A stretch of DNA of 64,000 nt from Tubiluchus corallicola (taxonomy: Eukaryota; Animalia; Priapulida): the NCBI GenBank assembly GCA_030141605.1, contig JAQGDQ010000037.1, positions 62,001 to 126,000 of the forward strand. The letters are read 5' to 3'. This document shows, one piece after another, positions 30,121-43,085 of this stretch; within the stretch, counting starts at the first letter, position 1, and every line of letters starts with the position of its first letter. Below the pieces are notes generated by a model, which saw nothing but the letters and a program-made list of their open reading frames with translations, had not been told where the DNA came from and did not search any database. Both the position numbers and the translations under genes were made by a program.

Positions 30121-31959
30121 ACAACATTTAATACGTTTTTGCGACAAAACAAATGAATTGGATTTCTAACTGCTCTTTACAGATTGTTTTAGCATCGTAG
30201 AACCAAAGTTACCAATATGTAATTAAAATGGTCATGAACTTCATAATCTGCGATGGGTTTTTACCGAAAAGAAAGATTTAGTCTTAGTTACGCCGCCTTT
30301 GGGGTGGTTTAAATTTCAGTGAATGAATGGGCCACATGTCATTAGCCCACCATGAGATGAGTAGCAGATGCAGTCAGGAGTGAAAGACTATCGTCGTAAA
30401 GCCACTGTGCAATGTGACATGAATGATCCATTTCACAGGTCTTTTATGGATGGAGATTTGGCAAAGTTGCCGCTGCATATGCTGGGGGAGTGTTATCTCT
30501 TTTTATCTACATCTTATGCTGCCAGTTCATAACACTGTGCAGTAATTCTTTAGTGCACAAGTTAAAACCGAAAATAAAAAATCATTGGGTGCTTGCACAA
30601 CTAAACTACACAAATTTTGAAAAGAAGTGTAAACCTGGAGGAGTTTTTTTAAGGAGCAATACAGCCAGTCTTATCAGTTTAGATTAGGCTGACTCAGGAA
30701 AAAAATGACGCTAACTGGAAAATATAACAGATAAAGGTCAAAAACGCAAAAAACAAAATGGCCGCCTAGTTTTTTGCTCAAATTAGCAGTATAAATCAAG
30801 AGAAATTCCCAAAAAATCATCATTAATTTTCTAGTTCTATTCCAGGGTAGTTGGGCGTGTGGTATCCATTTATGTTGCTTTATTTCAAGAATGGCCGCTA
30901 TTTTCAAAATGGTGTCTCAAAAACGAATTTCTGCCAATCATGCAGTTATATAAACTGTCTTACCTAAAGGTTTATCATAAAAACAAAAAGCAAATTATTT
31001 TATTAATTCGACTTTAGTGAATCTAAAAAGCTGCTACTAGACCCAGAAAAGATTCAAAGCGACTTAAACAGTGATAAGCAAAAAACAAAATTGTCGGATT
31101 CCCGACATAATTACATATTCTAGCAGAATAGTGAAAAACTTGTTCATTTCGCTTAAAAATTATGTAACTTTACACGATGCTAGAACCATCGAAGTGATGA
31201 ATTTTTAATATGATCATCATAATGCCCATTACGTCTATTGTAGACATTGGGCAGGCAGAATTGTAAAATAAACGAAATCTGCCCTCAAGACTGGTAAGCA
31301 CGGCAGTTAATTCATCAAAAAAACTAGCGACTGCTAATACCAGTGTACCAGTTGGAGTGACTTCCAATATATTAATTTAAATAATGATTTAATATTTTGA
31401 TATGAGGCCAAGCGAAAATCGTCCTAAATGACAGTGATTTTCAAGATGACCGATAACATGGCTATAACTAGTTTTTAAAAGCCGTATCTTAGTTGTTAGG
31501 TCAAATAAGATGTCGATTTTGGCGCCTAAAGATAGGTTTTCAAGGTTATGCCTATGACATTACACCTATGACATCACCTATTTGGGATCTCAAAATGATT
31601 GCCACAAGCGCGAAGATATGGCTGCACAGAAATCAAGGACTATTATCATTTCAGTTTATTAGAGGAAAATGCTGGAACTCCAGGAAATCGCAAGAAAGCC
31701 TTTGAGTACTAGGGGCTGATCTTATTACCGGATATTAATTGTAGATTAAATGTTTTTGTATCGTTTAGTAGTCCTTTCTTGCGAATAGTAGAATAGTGCT
31801 TTCTAGTAGAATAATTATCCGATTAGATAAAAATGATTACTGTCTAACCAGGTCAATGATGACATGCAGAGATCTGGCATCTCATGACTGAATTTACACC
31901 CCAATCCGTGAAAATAATGGATCCTCCTGGCTCCTGAGAGCAACTACATGCGCGGCATT

Positions 31960-32240
31960 GTATAGCAGTAAACAATAAATTGCTTATATCAGCATATTCA
32001 AAACTCGCAAAAGGTTTTGAGAACAGTAAGATTTCTTTGGAAACAAAAGTTAGGATATTCTCGGCCTTAGTTAAAACTGCATTTTTGTATAACTCCGAGC
32101 TCTGGACATTAGCAGCAAATTTAACATAAAAGCTGGAATTGACGCGTTTCAAAGGCAAAATTACAGAAAATGAAAATGAGGTTAAGTGACGTATTTTGAT
32201 CGAAATGCAACAAGTCTCTCCTTTTGAAACCACTGTCCCG
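31960..32240 (+). mobile_element. Degenerate RTE-like LINE reverse-transcriptase C-terminal fragment
   Basis: Translation IFSALVKTAFLYNSELWTL...IDAFQRQ, with stops and frameshifts, resembles the RTE-clade motif (L)LYxxExWTL....IDAF. Confidence 0.55.
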
Positions 32241-32487
32241 GCAAAGTGCTAGAAAGTTTTTGTGAGATAAGCAATTTATACAAAAGTACTGTATAGAAGT
32301 AATCACAAAATATTCATTAAGTTAAGAACATCATTATTTATTATCAGTTTAGTGAATGACATCATTAACTTACTGATGATTTTGTGAAATTAGTATACCC
32401 TTATCTCAGCTGGGAAATCAATGCTCTACATAAAATCATTATTGTAGGTAGTAAGGCAATGTAAGACAATAAAAACTCATTTATTAG

Positions 32488-32632
32488 GAGAATTTTCATA
32501 ACACGAAGATGCATCATAATGAGTGTTTTCACATGGTTGGTATCTGTTTTGGGAAATATTGCAAATTTAATGGTAGAAGATGGAATTCGGTTTGAACCCA
32601 GAACAATGATGTGCGCTCTCAACTGAAATGCC
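32488..32632 (+). pseudogene. Orphan pseudo-exon equivalent to exon 4 (TM4-ECL2) of the tandem GPCR family
   Basis: It has the same 145-nt length and AG/GT boundaries as exon 4 of the three GPCRs. It reads RIFITRRCIIMSVFTWLVSVLGNIANLMVEDGIRFEPRTMMCALN*NA, with TGG->TGA at 32624-32626. No other exons are recognisable nearby. Confidence 0.85.
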
Positions 32633-32668
32633 GTAAATATGAATAGTTAGCATTTTTATATATGTGTA

Positions 32669-32947
32669 CACCGAGGATGTGCCACTAAATGGATTTCTAA
32701 CTTATGGAGTAATAAATTGGAAATTATTAAAGCAATGTACATGAAAATAAAACGGGGTAAGTGCCATTTGTACTTGAAAGTTCTTTCACTTCGATTGATT
32801 TAAGACAAGCAAAGCATAATTAAGACTAAATGTATATGTAAATATTTTTAACACCATATCTGTTCGGTCCTATGTTAGGCATCTCAGCCTGTTGACCGAT
32901 CATAACTGTCTACACTTTTAAATCCATTTAGTGGCACAGTCACAGTG
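32669..32947. mobile_element. MITE-like element, ~280 bp
   Basis: 19-bp perfect inverted repeats TGTGCCACTAAATGGATTT (32678-32696) and AAATCCATTTAGTGGCACA (32920-32938), extendable with mismatches to CAC...GTG termini. Confidence 0.7.
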
Positions 32948-32964
32948 CTATATTGGTAGTTCAG

Positions 32965-33330
32965 CCGTATGTCATCCAGGTTTCTTTTAAAAGCAGCTAC
33001 AGAGATTGGTTATCATTGCATTACATTCTCTGAGAGGTTGTTCCAACAATCCACGACCCGACCGACGTCTTATGTCTTCGAAGCGCAATCCCAGATCTAC
33101 CTAAAAATTTCACGGTCCTAGCTTCTGTCGTTGTGAATTAACATAAATTAAAGGAAGAAACTCGATGCCTAGTATAAACAATTGTTAACATCATAAGAAA
33201 TCATTGTACAGTTCTATTAATCCCCGATGCTGATAGATAAAAATTACACCAATCTGTTTTTCTTCATTAGGCCTACTCTGCAGGGAGCCCTGTCTTGGAC
33301 TGGGTTAAGCATATGGTGCCACTGTGGTAA
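32965..33330 (-). mobile_element. Degenerate CR1-clade LINE 3' fragment
   Basis: Minus-strand translation RVVDCWNNLSENV...SVAAFKRNLD resembles the CR1 ORF2 terminal RVV..WN.LP....FK..LD motif; it contains many stops. Confidence 0.55.
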
Positions 33331-34784
33331 CCAGCATAACCATAGCTAGAGAAACTAACTGGCAAAACCATAAACACTTATCTGAACAGCGTAACTGCAA
33401 CAACCAATCCATCAACTGCATGAAAATGACCCAGTACTTAATGACAATGCGAAATGAGATTGGGTGCTGCAGGACAGAATCTAAGACGAGACACTGGACG
33501 AGCATCTTCGGTATTCAGATGTGCATCCTATTCGAATATACTATACATCTAGCCCAAACGAGTTAGATAACTGTGGACTGTTTGACAGATGAAACGCCCA
33601 TTACTAGTGCTGAATCTTTTGGCCGATCATCCATTTACTGTCCATGCTCAACACTGTTTAATATCTGTCACGAAATATACACAATAACTAACCGGCTATT
33701 CAATTCACTCCAGTTGTGTTAGTATTTTGATTGTCAGCAATAGTTCAAATTCATCTTTTACTACAATTATTTTGCAAGTTTGTGAATTAGAATGATAATA
33801 ATTGCAAAACATCTCTTCCAATCTCAACTTTTTGAAACGTGTCATTTTCAGACTATTTTTAAATATTTCTCCATAAGCCTTATACGACTGATTTCAAAAC
33901 TTTCTTATGCCTTCTGTTCTTAATACTTTTTACAATCAGTATAGTGTCTAAAACAAAACCTCGTTTGCTTACGTATTTACTTATGTAAATGGTTTAAAGA
34001 AGAAATTTCCTCTAGGTGAAAAACACCCTTTTAAAGGTGTACTGGATTCACGCATATTGCTTGGTTAACTTCTTCGTTTTTAGCTTAGGTTTTTTTATAC
34101 TATTGCATGTTATCACTGTACTTTCATTTTGTTTGCACAACACGGCTTTGTATTACAACTATTCTTCGGTATGTGTGCTTCCATTTGGTTTAAACTAATC
34201 AACATTTTATAAAGCTGCGGGTATTATCTTAATCTTGTCCAATGTAATAAAAGTCTCTTATAAGGGCGTACACTTATGTACGCAGTTCCTCACGGTTACG
34301 GTAGCAGTGGCGGCGTCAGTTTGATAGTAGTTCTTATTAATATTAGATTCTTATTACCAAACCAATTAGAAATCACAAAAAAAGGATTGCAGGATAATAC
34401 AACCTTCCACCATCATCACACATTTCATGAATTGTACATACGCCCTCACCTTAATGTACATCGACTTCTGAGACCTGCAATAATAAAAGGATAATTATAA
34501 AATGGGAATAAAAGCCATTGTTTGATAAAAATGACGACAAAATACATTCGGTGCTCGGTTGAACCAGACGAAACATCTCATGAAAATGATCATAGTGCAG
34601 AAATCAAATTGAGACAGTCATTACAAAAAAAGAATTTGTTACCAAAGCGTGATTAATATTAAGTCAATATTATTATGTTCATGTGATAATTATACTTGCG
34701 CTTTCTCGAACATCTTTCTGAGTTGGTTTACATGTTTTTTTCATAAAAACTCTCACACCCGTTAGTGATGTTTTTGTTTGTATC

Positions 34785-37700
34785 ATGAATAACACAACTG
34801 AAACAGAGAAATTCGCACAAATCCTCACTGTTGGGAATATTTTGTACTTAATGGTGCAAGCAACAGCTTCAGGTAATTTTTTTATATTTTTATACTGATA
34901 CCGGCAGATCACTTATAGTGAGGTAACTCATCTGTCATCTTTCTTATTACATTATCAGTCAGCATCAATCATTGTCAATGGGTATTCTTGTATTACGTAA
35001 TAACAGAAATATAAAGCAGCACTATTTGTTAAAAGTACTATTTGTCAAGTATATCTGCAATAGAAATAAAAACTTTAATTATTACTATTGTTAATTTAAG
35101 AGTGCAAGAAAATTTAAAATACATTATCGATCTGAAAGTGAGCATTTTAAAAATCTCCGGGCAATGATTAAAGATGACAGTTAGGGCTATAATGTTTTGG
35201 ACTGAATGAAAGAGATCTGCCGATTCTAACACTAGTAAATCATTATGACATGTCATATATGTCGTTTCATATGACAAGTTTTGCAATAAAATGAAACAAC
35301 GGTAACTTCGTCAAAAGAGCAAAATAATTTCCTAAATGATATGAGAGCATGGAGTTTAGGGAGGGAGTTCTCAAGATGTAATTTAGTTAACACAGTTGTA
35401 ATTTAGTTAAGTTATTTAGCAGGATGTTCGCATGTTACTTCCTAATTATTCTTAAGAGTTTTTAAATGGCAGCCTTAAGAAAATATGAGGTAACCAGAAA
35501 AAGTTAAATTTCTAGTTATTTCGCCAAGGTGTAGGGCCACAGATTGGTCACTTCATGAGATTATGAGAGATTGATTTTTCGCCAGGACCAATCATTATTG
35601 CTTTTGTGTTAAAAATGCTGCACTGATATTTCACGTCTGATTTGCATCACTACATAAAATAGCGATTGCGCCCAAAAAAATCTCATTCATTCAGAATTTC
35701 CAATTCCGGACTTTTTTGTTTAAATTATTTGATGTAATGATACATTATAGGGTTTGGTGTTATTGGAAATATCTTAGTCATTAGTGCTGTGTGGACAACA
35801 AAGTCCCTTCACGTATCCGCAAGTGTTTTTGTCTGCAATTTGGCAATAGCCGATTTCCTTATCACTGGCTTCGTTGGAATTCTAGCAGTAATAGGTAAGT
35901 ATTGCGGTTTTGCAGTATGGAAGGAAGAATGATACAGACCAAAATTAAGCGATGTCACTATGAATGCTCCTTTAACTAGCAAAAGAAATTATAGCGTAGT
36001 GCAGATAGCAATTCAAAGCAGAAATGAACGATATCTTATAGAATGTATTTTCAAGATTAAAGAAATAGTAACGTGAGAATGGCGGCATTATTCCTAAATA
36101 GTGAATCAGCATGAGGATACTATTTTATTTTGTGATAGATAATAAACATGTTTTATAAGTAGTTAAAGTGCCCTATTAAAGTAAGCTAGTGACAATAAAC
36201 TGATAACCTGAACTATAAGCCGAGAAGCTAAACGTGCCAATTATGCACTGCTAGAGCCATAGTCAAAAAGGAGGCCTTTTTAAAGTTTTCTTAAATATTT
36301 TGCTTTCAACAGGTTATGTACGACCGCAAATTATCACGGACAGACACGCTGCACTATGTTTAATAGCTGGTTCTACTTGCTACGTTGTATGTGCCACTTC
36401 ACTTTTTACATTGACTGTCGTTGCATTAAATCGTATGGTAGCTGTCGTACATCCTCATATTTATAAGTAAGCATTTGAAAACCTTTCCATCTCCTTTTGG
36501 TGGTGAAAGTGACATATTTTGATAGATCTCATCTTGGTGGTGAAAGTGACATCGTTTTTCTAACATATCAATCAGTTTTTGACAATCACTTATCCACTTA
36601 CTGACCAGGTTTTTAGCGTTCTCTGTGCTTAGCATTGAAGGTATTCAACGATACCCCGCCCTAATACTTAAAATAATTGATAAAGATATGTAGCAAAAAG
36701 TTAAATGTTGTATGTACAGTGGCATTGGTAGTTTGATCAACCAAGTGTTTTGGATTGGCTGTTAGGCTTCTCCTTCCAAATTATCGGATATAAAACTAAG
36801 GTGACACGCGCCATAAGATAAAATAGCATAGTTGCTGTGTTTAATATGGCTAGGTTTTCTGTATTTGGTTATTCAAGTTCCTGCTCATTGTCCAGGACTT
36901 GAGACTAAGCAGTCAGCGTGGTTACCGCTTTAGGGTGATTTACTTTTCTGTGCTTTCTGTGTAGCGAGAATCAATATGTGTAATCGCATAAAAATGCTAT
37001 TCATTAGTTAGATCAAAGTGTAGGTCCCTATTCTTTGAGTTAGATAATGGCGCTCCATTTTTGCAGATTTGCACCAGGCTCATACGTACATGATACCCCT
37101 CGTAAAGCACACAGGTTAGGTTAGGGTAAGCTTAAGGTTTAGTTTCAGGCGATACGGGCGTCTAGGCTCGAGATCAGCACAATGTAGATAGATAGATGGA
37201 TGGACGGATGTGTGGATGGATAGACGGACAGACGGACAGACAAAGACAGATGTACAGACATAATGAGTGGCTTTACTGAAAACTGCAACCGATTCTTTTT
37301 AGGAGAATTTTTACAACAAGAAAGTGCATCATAATGAGTGCTTTCAGCTGGTTGGTACCCTTTTCCGGGAATATTGGAAATTTAGTGGTAGAAAATGGAT
37401 TGCGATTTGAACGTAGAGTAAAGATCTGCGTTTTCAACTGGAATGCGGTAAGTTTGCGCGCATAACACTTTAAAGCCGCAGAAATAAAGTGAAGATCATA
37501 AAAGCAGCATGAAATATCTCTGAGAATCACATAGCCTTCATATGTACGTGAATTTAACTCGACAAGCTTGGCGTTAGTTCTACTTAAGGCAACAAAGTTG
37601 GAGATCTATAGTAAGGGCCATCATATAGAGTAGAATGTGGTTTAGTAATATAAGATTAAGAGGTTCGAATTATTAATCGTATTCGGTTACATTTTTAAAA

Positions 37701-39076
37701 GTGCTTCAGTTTGCTGGGCTTTGTGAAAATTGAATTTGTGCTACAACCTTGTTAAGGAATTGAAGTCTGGTTAGAGACAAGAACACCAAGGATGGGAATT
37801 ATCTAATAGCTATCTTCGGTGAATTTGCTGAAGATGGGTGGGTGAATTTAGGTAGTTAGGGAAGGCAAAACGTCACACATAAATTTGCACTACTGTGTTT
37901 ATTATCGTTTGTGTACTTGTTTCTAAAATTAATTCTTGGTCGAAGCACGATCGAGTCGCTATTCTTCTGGACGTTGTTGTTCTTGTTATTAAATTTTTCA
38001 ATTTTCAATCGTTAATGCCAATCACTCGAAACAGCTAAACCAGAATGGTGATTGATTTTTGAGCCACAGTCGCTAGCTAAGCGAATCCCTCGACCAACAC
38101 TTTAAGTCGAACTTGTTTTAATTCATGATATTGGTGTATACAATTTAATTTTGCGTGTAACTTTTGTGTATCTTGTCTTTTGAACTTGTTCTTTTTTAAA
38201 AGAGGCATGGAACAATAACATATGTTTTAAATGTAGGACTGGACTTTGACGGTATCATCAGCAGTGGGATTAATTGTAGCACCAGCACTTATTATTACAG
38301 TCAGTTACATCTACATTTTTTGGCATGTTTACAAGAGCAAACGAAGGGTAATTCTACTGTTGACCAGCTAAAATTCTTCTATGCAAAAGCTAATACACTA
38401 TGTAATAAATTTTATTATTGTTCAAAGGAAGTAAAAAGTATTTTGCTCAAATCGTATTGCAGTGGAATTTATTGTAGTAGCTTATGGATATCCTATAGGA
38501 GATATAATATTGATATACAAATTACAAGAGGGCATGCGTATTGACACTTTGCCCACCTGTACTTGACATACATATTGTACTAATAAAATTTAATTTTGGT
38601 CACAATTTGGTATTGGGCCACAGCTTACAAGTCACTTAACTAGCAGTAAAATAATAAGCAGGTTTAATAGTGAATGCAAAAAATGTTAAATTACTCACAT
38701 TTAAATTAGGTTTATTTATGTTTAACAGGTAACTGGAAATAGTGTTACAAACGGAAAAGACAAAACAAAATCAGCTTTTGCTCTGGCCAAAACTCTTTTT
38801 ATAATAACCATGGTATTTGTCATCTCATGGACACCATTTCTGTTCGTGACCTTGATGGACGAAAACGATTGGCTTCCCCCTTACTTTGTGACATTGGCTG
38901 TATTTATGGCTCACGTGAATTCAACAGCGACTCCAATTGTATACTGCACAACCAACATGGCTTATCGTGCTGCTTTTAAAGGAATTCTTTTCATAAAATT
39001 TGGAAACAATATTGAAGGATTTAGGACAAGTACATCTGGTCACAAGCAAGCAACCGGAAAATTTCAGTTAAAATAA
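34785..39076 (+). CDS. Class A (rhodopsin-like) orphan GPCR, melatonin-receptor-like, tandem copy 1; exons 34785-34872, 35751-35894, 36313-36466, 37303-37447, 38237-38347, 38729-39076, 329 aa
   Basis: TM1 GNILVI, TM2 NLAIAD, TM3 C...VALNRMVAVVHP (NRM at the DRY position), TM4 W, ECL2 Cys, TM5 P...SY, TM6 FVISWTP, TM7 HVNSTATPIVY. All introns are GT-AG with phases 1,1,2,0,0 and the ORF is open throughout. Confidence 0.9.
37187..37260. repeat. Compound tetranucleotide microsatellite (GATA/GGAT/GACG/GACA)
   Basis: gatagatagatggatggacggatgtgtggatggatagacggacagacggacagacaaagacagatgtacagaca. Confidence 0.7.
38356..38530 (+). mobile_element. LINE ORF2 fragment in GPCR copy 1 intron 5
   Basis: QLKFFYAKANTLCNKFYYCSKEVKSILLKSYCSGIYCSSLW resembles the post-RT YA+AN.L..KF..CS..VK..LF..YC...Y...LW motif of non-LTR retrotransposons. 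Confidence 0.6.
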
Positions 39077-39540
39077 AGGTTTTTAAAAAGTTTTACTGCA
39101 ATTTCATAAATTCAGTTATGATAAAGGGAAGAAGGAAATAGTCGATGTTTTAAACACGTGAGAATGTGGATTGTTTCAGAAATGAACTCGCAATTTTTAT
39201 TAATATTATGACTGCATGGCAGTCGGTTGACTCGCTCTGAGGTTCTTCTTTTGCGTTCATTGGTGGTCATATAAACTAGTCACGTAGCTAATGTAAAAGG
39301 TGTACTGAACGCTTATTAATTATATAAGTGCACCACTTGGTGACCACCTGCCCGAAAACCTCATCGCCGAGTAAAGCGCATCAATGCCAATGCGCGCGTA
39401 CCACCGAATTTTAGAAAAATCCCATCCTTCCACCATCTTCAGGGCAGCTCACTAAACTCACGGCAGTTACCTGGCTCCCCAAATTAGCTTAAATGTTATA
39501 ACCAATTACCCTTCTGCACACAGTGCAGAAAAATCTCATA

Positions 39541-39747
39541 GTGGCCTGAAGCAGTAACCAACTATGTCGTCGCACACAAAGGCATTACGACCAACGGAAC
39601 CTTGACTGAATGACGCAGGATTGTGCACACAGTGGCCTGCGGCAGTGACCACCTATGTCGTCGCACACAAAGCATTACGACCAAACGAACCTTGACTAAA
39701 CAACTCAGGATTATGCACACAGTGGTCTGCAGCGGTGACCATTTGTG
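39541..39747. repeat. Tandem repeat, ~90-bp unit, ~2.3 copies
   Basis: Units start gtgg(c/t)ctg at 39541, 39632 and 39722; the first two share ctatgtcgtcgcacacaaa..gcattacgaccaa..gaaccttgact..caggatt.tgcacaca. Confidence 0.8.
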
Positions 39748-41833
39748 CTGACTTATGAGAAGCATTTAAATCCAGAAGTTCCCTATCTATCAGAACTACA
39801 CTTATGGCATTGCAGTCCAAAGCGCTGACAACTGTTGAAGTTCAAAAGACCAAAATTATTAACACCAAATGAACAACGTTTTATCACTTCTTCGTTACTA
39901 GGGTGGAAATTTGAAAGGAACAGTTGAGAACGCTGCTCACACTCATCCTCGCTCAATGCCTCAATTCTAGCGTCTCCCACCTTAATTACATATAAGCTGC
40001 AGCCGAGTTAATTCAGCCCTTTAATCGCTTCAATGAAATTCACGAATTTCAACCTAGCTTTCAAAGCAGCAGCCTCCTTCGCTCAGCGTGTGCTGCGGCC
40101 GACCCAAGTGAGCTATAGCTGCAATGTGAATTATAAAACCGTGATTGGACATATGTTGACAAATATGCCAGTATGTCACATCTCGAGTTATAGTGTTTAT
40201 AGGTATTTACCCCTGTTTGCATGGATCTGCCTCAAGTACACAGGTTTATAAATGAACAACCTTTTGAGCAAGTCTGTAAGATAAGTAGTACTTGGCCACC
40301 TGTCTAATTGCCCATGTAATGAGCATTTATTCTAACTTTAATAGGCTTCCTCTAAAAACAATATTATGTGTGCTCAATCTTTGTAATTTGAGTTAACATA
40401 GTAGTCCGACAAGCCCTGTTTTACCTCCCAGCTCCTTATTGAGGATATCCTTTGACATAGGTTAATCGGTATGTTTGGCTATTTTACAATTATTGTTTAA
40501 CCTAGTAATATACAAGAAACAATAATGCCATAGTTATTGTCAACGCATTTATTATCATCTACGAATAAGTTATACTAAAACGTAGTTAGGTCTTCATAAT
40601 GTAACACGCCAACATATATCTTGTATACTACAGTATGATTTAATACTATTATTTTCATTTCGTCATTGTAACTATCATTACGTAAAAGTATGCAAATTAT
40701 TTCTAATAATCATGAGCATATTTTAATTCATCTGTTCTTTGTTCTGTTCTATTCATCTCTTCTATCTAGGTAACAATACACCAAAATAGAAAGATGCTTT
40801 AACACTGATAACTTCACGAATCATATTTAGGTTTGGAGCTTTGGGAGAATATTTCAACTTGCGGCAAGTCATGCACCAGTTTAGCTCTCTCTCCTTTTTT
40901 CTCGAATATTAAAATCAAAAGAAATAAAAGAACCCAAAATTTCCGAGAACACAGATCTTGCGTAAGTTGCATTAATTCTACTCAATGAAGAAAGTTTGGT
41001 TTTTATTAAGCCGCAGACCGATAATGATTTTCTTCCACCCCATCAAATTTTGCTTAGAAACTAGACGTCACTTTGCTAGTGTGGCATCACCACTACTGCT
41101 ACGTGTATTGAAAGCAGTAGCAAAGTCATGTATTTTTAAACTGTACTTACAAAATGCATTTAAGTAAAATTTAAGTCAACGTTGATTAGTATTTAATTTA
41201 AATAGTAAATTAAAATTCGCGAATTAAATTTTTTGCGTACTCTTCATTGAAATAATTTTTTTCCTTCTTTCCTGTTTTTGGAGGTTTTCCTGTCTTGAAG
41301 ACTTTCCTGCTTTGAAGTAGTTTCTTGTACTGAAGTCTTTTCTCTCAGATCGTCACTCCTGCAGAATGAAAACTAAGCTTTATATCGGGTGGCGCAGAAA
41401 AACTATGCCGAAGTTTAGACTACAACAATATTTAGAAGCAAGTGCTACAAAGTTGCAATTTCACAGCGCGATACAACAATTCATTAGTTTTTGGTTGTTT
41501 GTTTGTGAAAGTTACAAGTATATAGTTTTATAGTTTTGAGGTTATGGCCAGAAAACTCTTGCATGTTAAAAATTGAAATACTAGAGCGATATCAGCTGGA
41601 AATTATACATTCATTTGCCTGTAATATTTTTACTCATAATTAGGCTTTTTTATCTATTGTATTGTGTATGACATAAACTTTTAAGATATTCTATATACAA
41701 CAAACATTGCACTTTTGGAAAATCTCAGAATATCTTGGACTGACCTGCCAAAACTGAAAGCCATGTTTAATCTCTTTACGTGTTTTGAAGTTCGTTGTGT
41801 TATAGTATTACATACCTCTATGCCGGAAATTAC

Positions 41834-43085
41834 AGTGCGCGGTGAAAATGACACCGGTAGAAATGGCACAATTGGAAAGGTTATTAAAAAATGCACAAAT
41901 GGAAAAGTAAGCAAAAATGGCACAGGAAAAATGGCACAAATGAAAAAGAAGGAAAAAAATGGCACATATTATTTTGATGCAACTGATTTCCATAGTAAAA
42001 CTAGAATGTGTTCCGTAGGAAGCAGAAATCTGCCAAAGCCGAACAATTCTAAACTTATTCGTCTGATTCTTCTTTTGATTAAAAAAATTGACACAAAGAT
42101 AAACAAGCAAACATAAAAAAACCAATTGTACCTGTATAGGTATTATATGGACTAGCAAAAGGCTCACAATATATTTGTTCCAAAACAGATTTACAATCAA
42201 TGTTATTGCACAAATGTTCCAAATTGTGTTTACCTATCTGCCATTTTAACCATTAAATTTGGCGATTATAATTGACTGGCAAATATGTATGTATTTACTC
42301 GTATTTACACGTATATACACATCAATAAGCAAATGTTATAGACAGCGTTACACAGTTTTACAAGCGAGAATCTCTCAAAATGGAACGGGAACTAACTCAT
42401 AGTTGTTTGTCCAGGTGGAGATAGATTCAGATTTCAGATTCAGATATAGTTTATTTCAATAGGATGATGAAAGACCAAAAGCAGTCATTAAGTCAAACCC
42501 TCCTTATTCTGTGAAGATATTAAAATTACAAATGAAGCATGCTTGTTATGAAATAAAATAAAATAAAACGAAGCAGTAGAATTTCAACTGACCAACTCAA
42601 GGTAAAACTATAAAGTAATTCATGAATTTTGAGCAGTCAGGAAAGTGTAAATAACAAAACAGAAATGCTAAACATTTCTCTCTGAGACCCCCTGAGACCT
42701 ACACGAAGTGTTTCACGAATGTTTTTTTTGTACGTCGTGTTCTGTCAAATTTTGCGACAAAAAAACCGGCAAAAAGATTCCCATTTTGGTACCCTATATC
42801 GGGCTTTCTGCAAAAAGTTTCTTGGAAATCAGTTGTGTACCTTTTGCGTAAAATGCTTACTGCGATAAATTAACAGACAAAAACAACCAATGAAACAGAC
42901 AAACAAACAAACAAGCTGTGTTGAAGCATAACTTCCTTGACACAGGTAAAATAAGTAAGATAATTATTCCCAACTGTAACCCTAATCCCAAACACATATT
43001 TACTAAGTTGGCCATTTTTACCTGTGTCATTTTACCTACTTTTCCGTTTGTCTCATTTTTACCTGTGCCACTTTTACCTACTCTC
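41834..43085. mobile_element. Mutator/foldback-like non-autonomous DNA element, ~1.25 kb
   Basis: Left arm has tandem (G)AAAAATGGCACA-type repeats (41841-41965) and right arm has their reverse complements TGTG(C/T)CA(T/C)TTTTACC (43011-43080). A direct repeat GGAAATTAC (CGGAAATTAC if 10 bp) at 41825-41833 and 43086-43094 is the TSD. Confidence 0.72.

Noticed and set aside
39541-39747. Repeated units as a possible CRISPR-like array
   Set aside because: The context is eukaryotic, whole 90-bp units are repeated with no unique spacers, and there are no cas genes.
41681-42200. ORFs of 94-133 aa with NGT/GK repeats
   Set aside because: They arise from the AAAAATGGCACA subterminal repeats of a DNA element.
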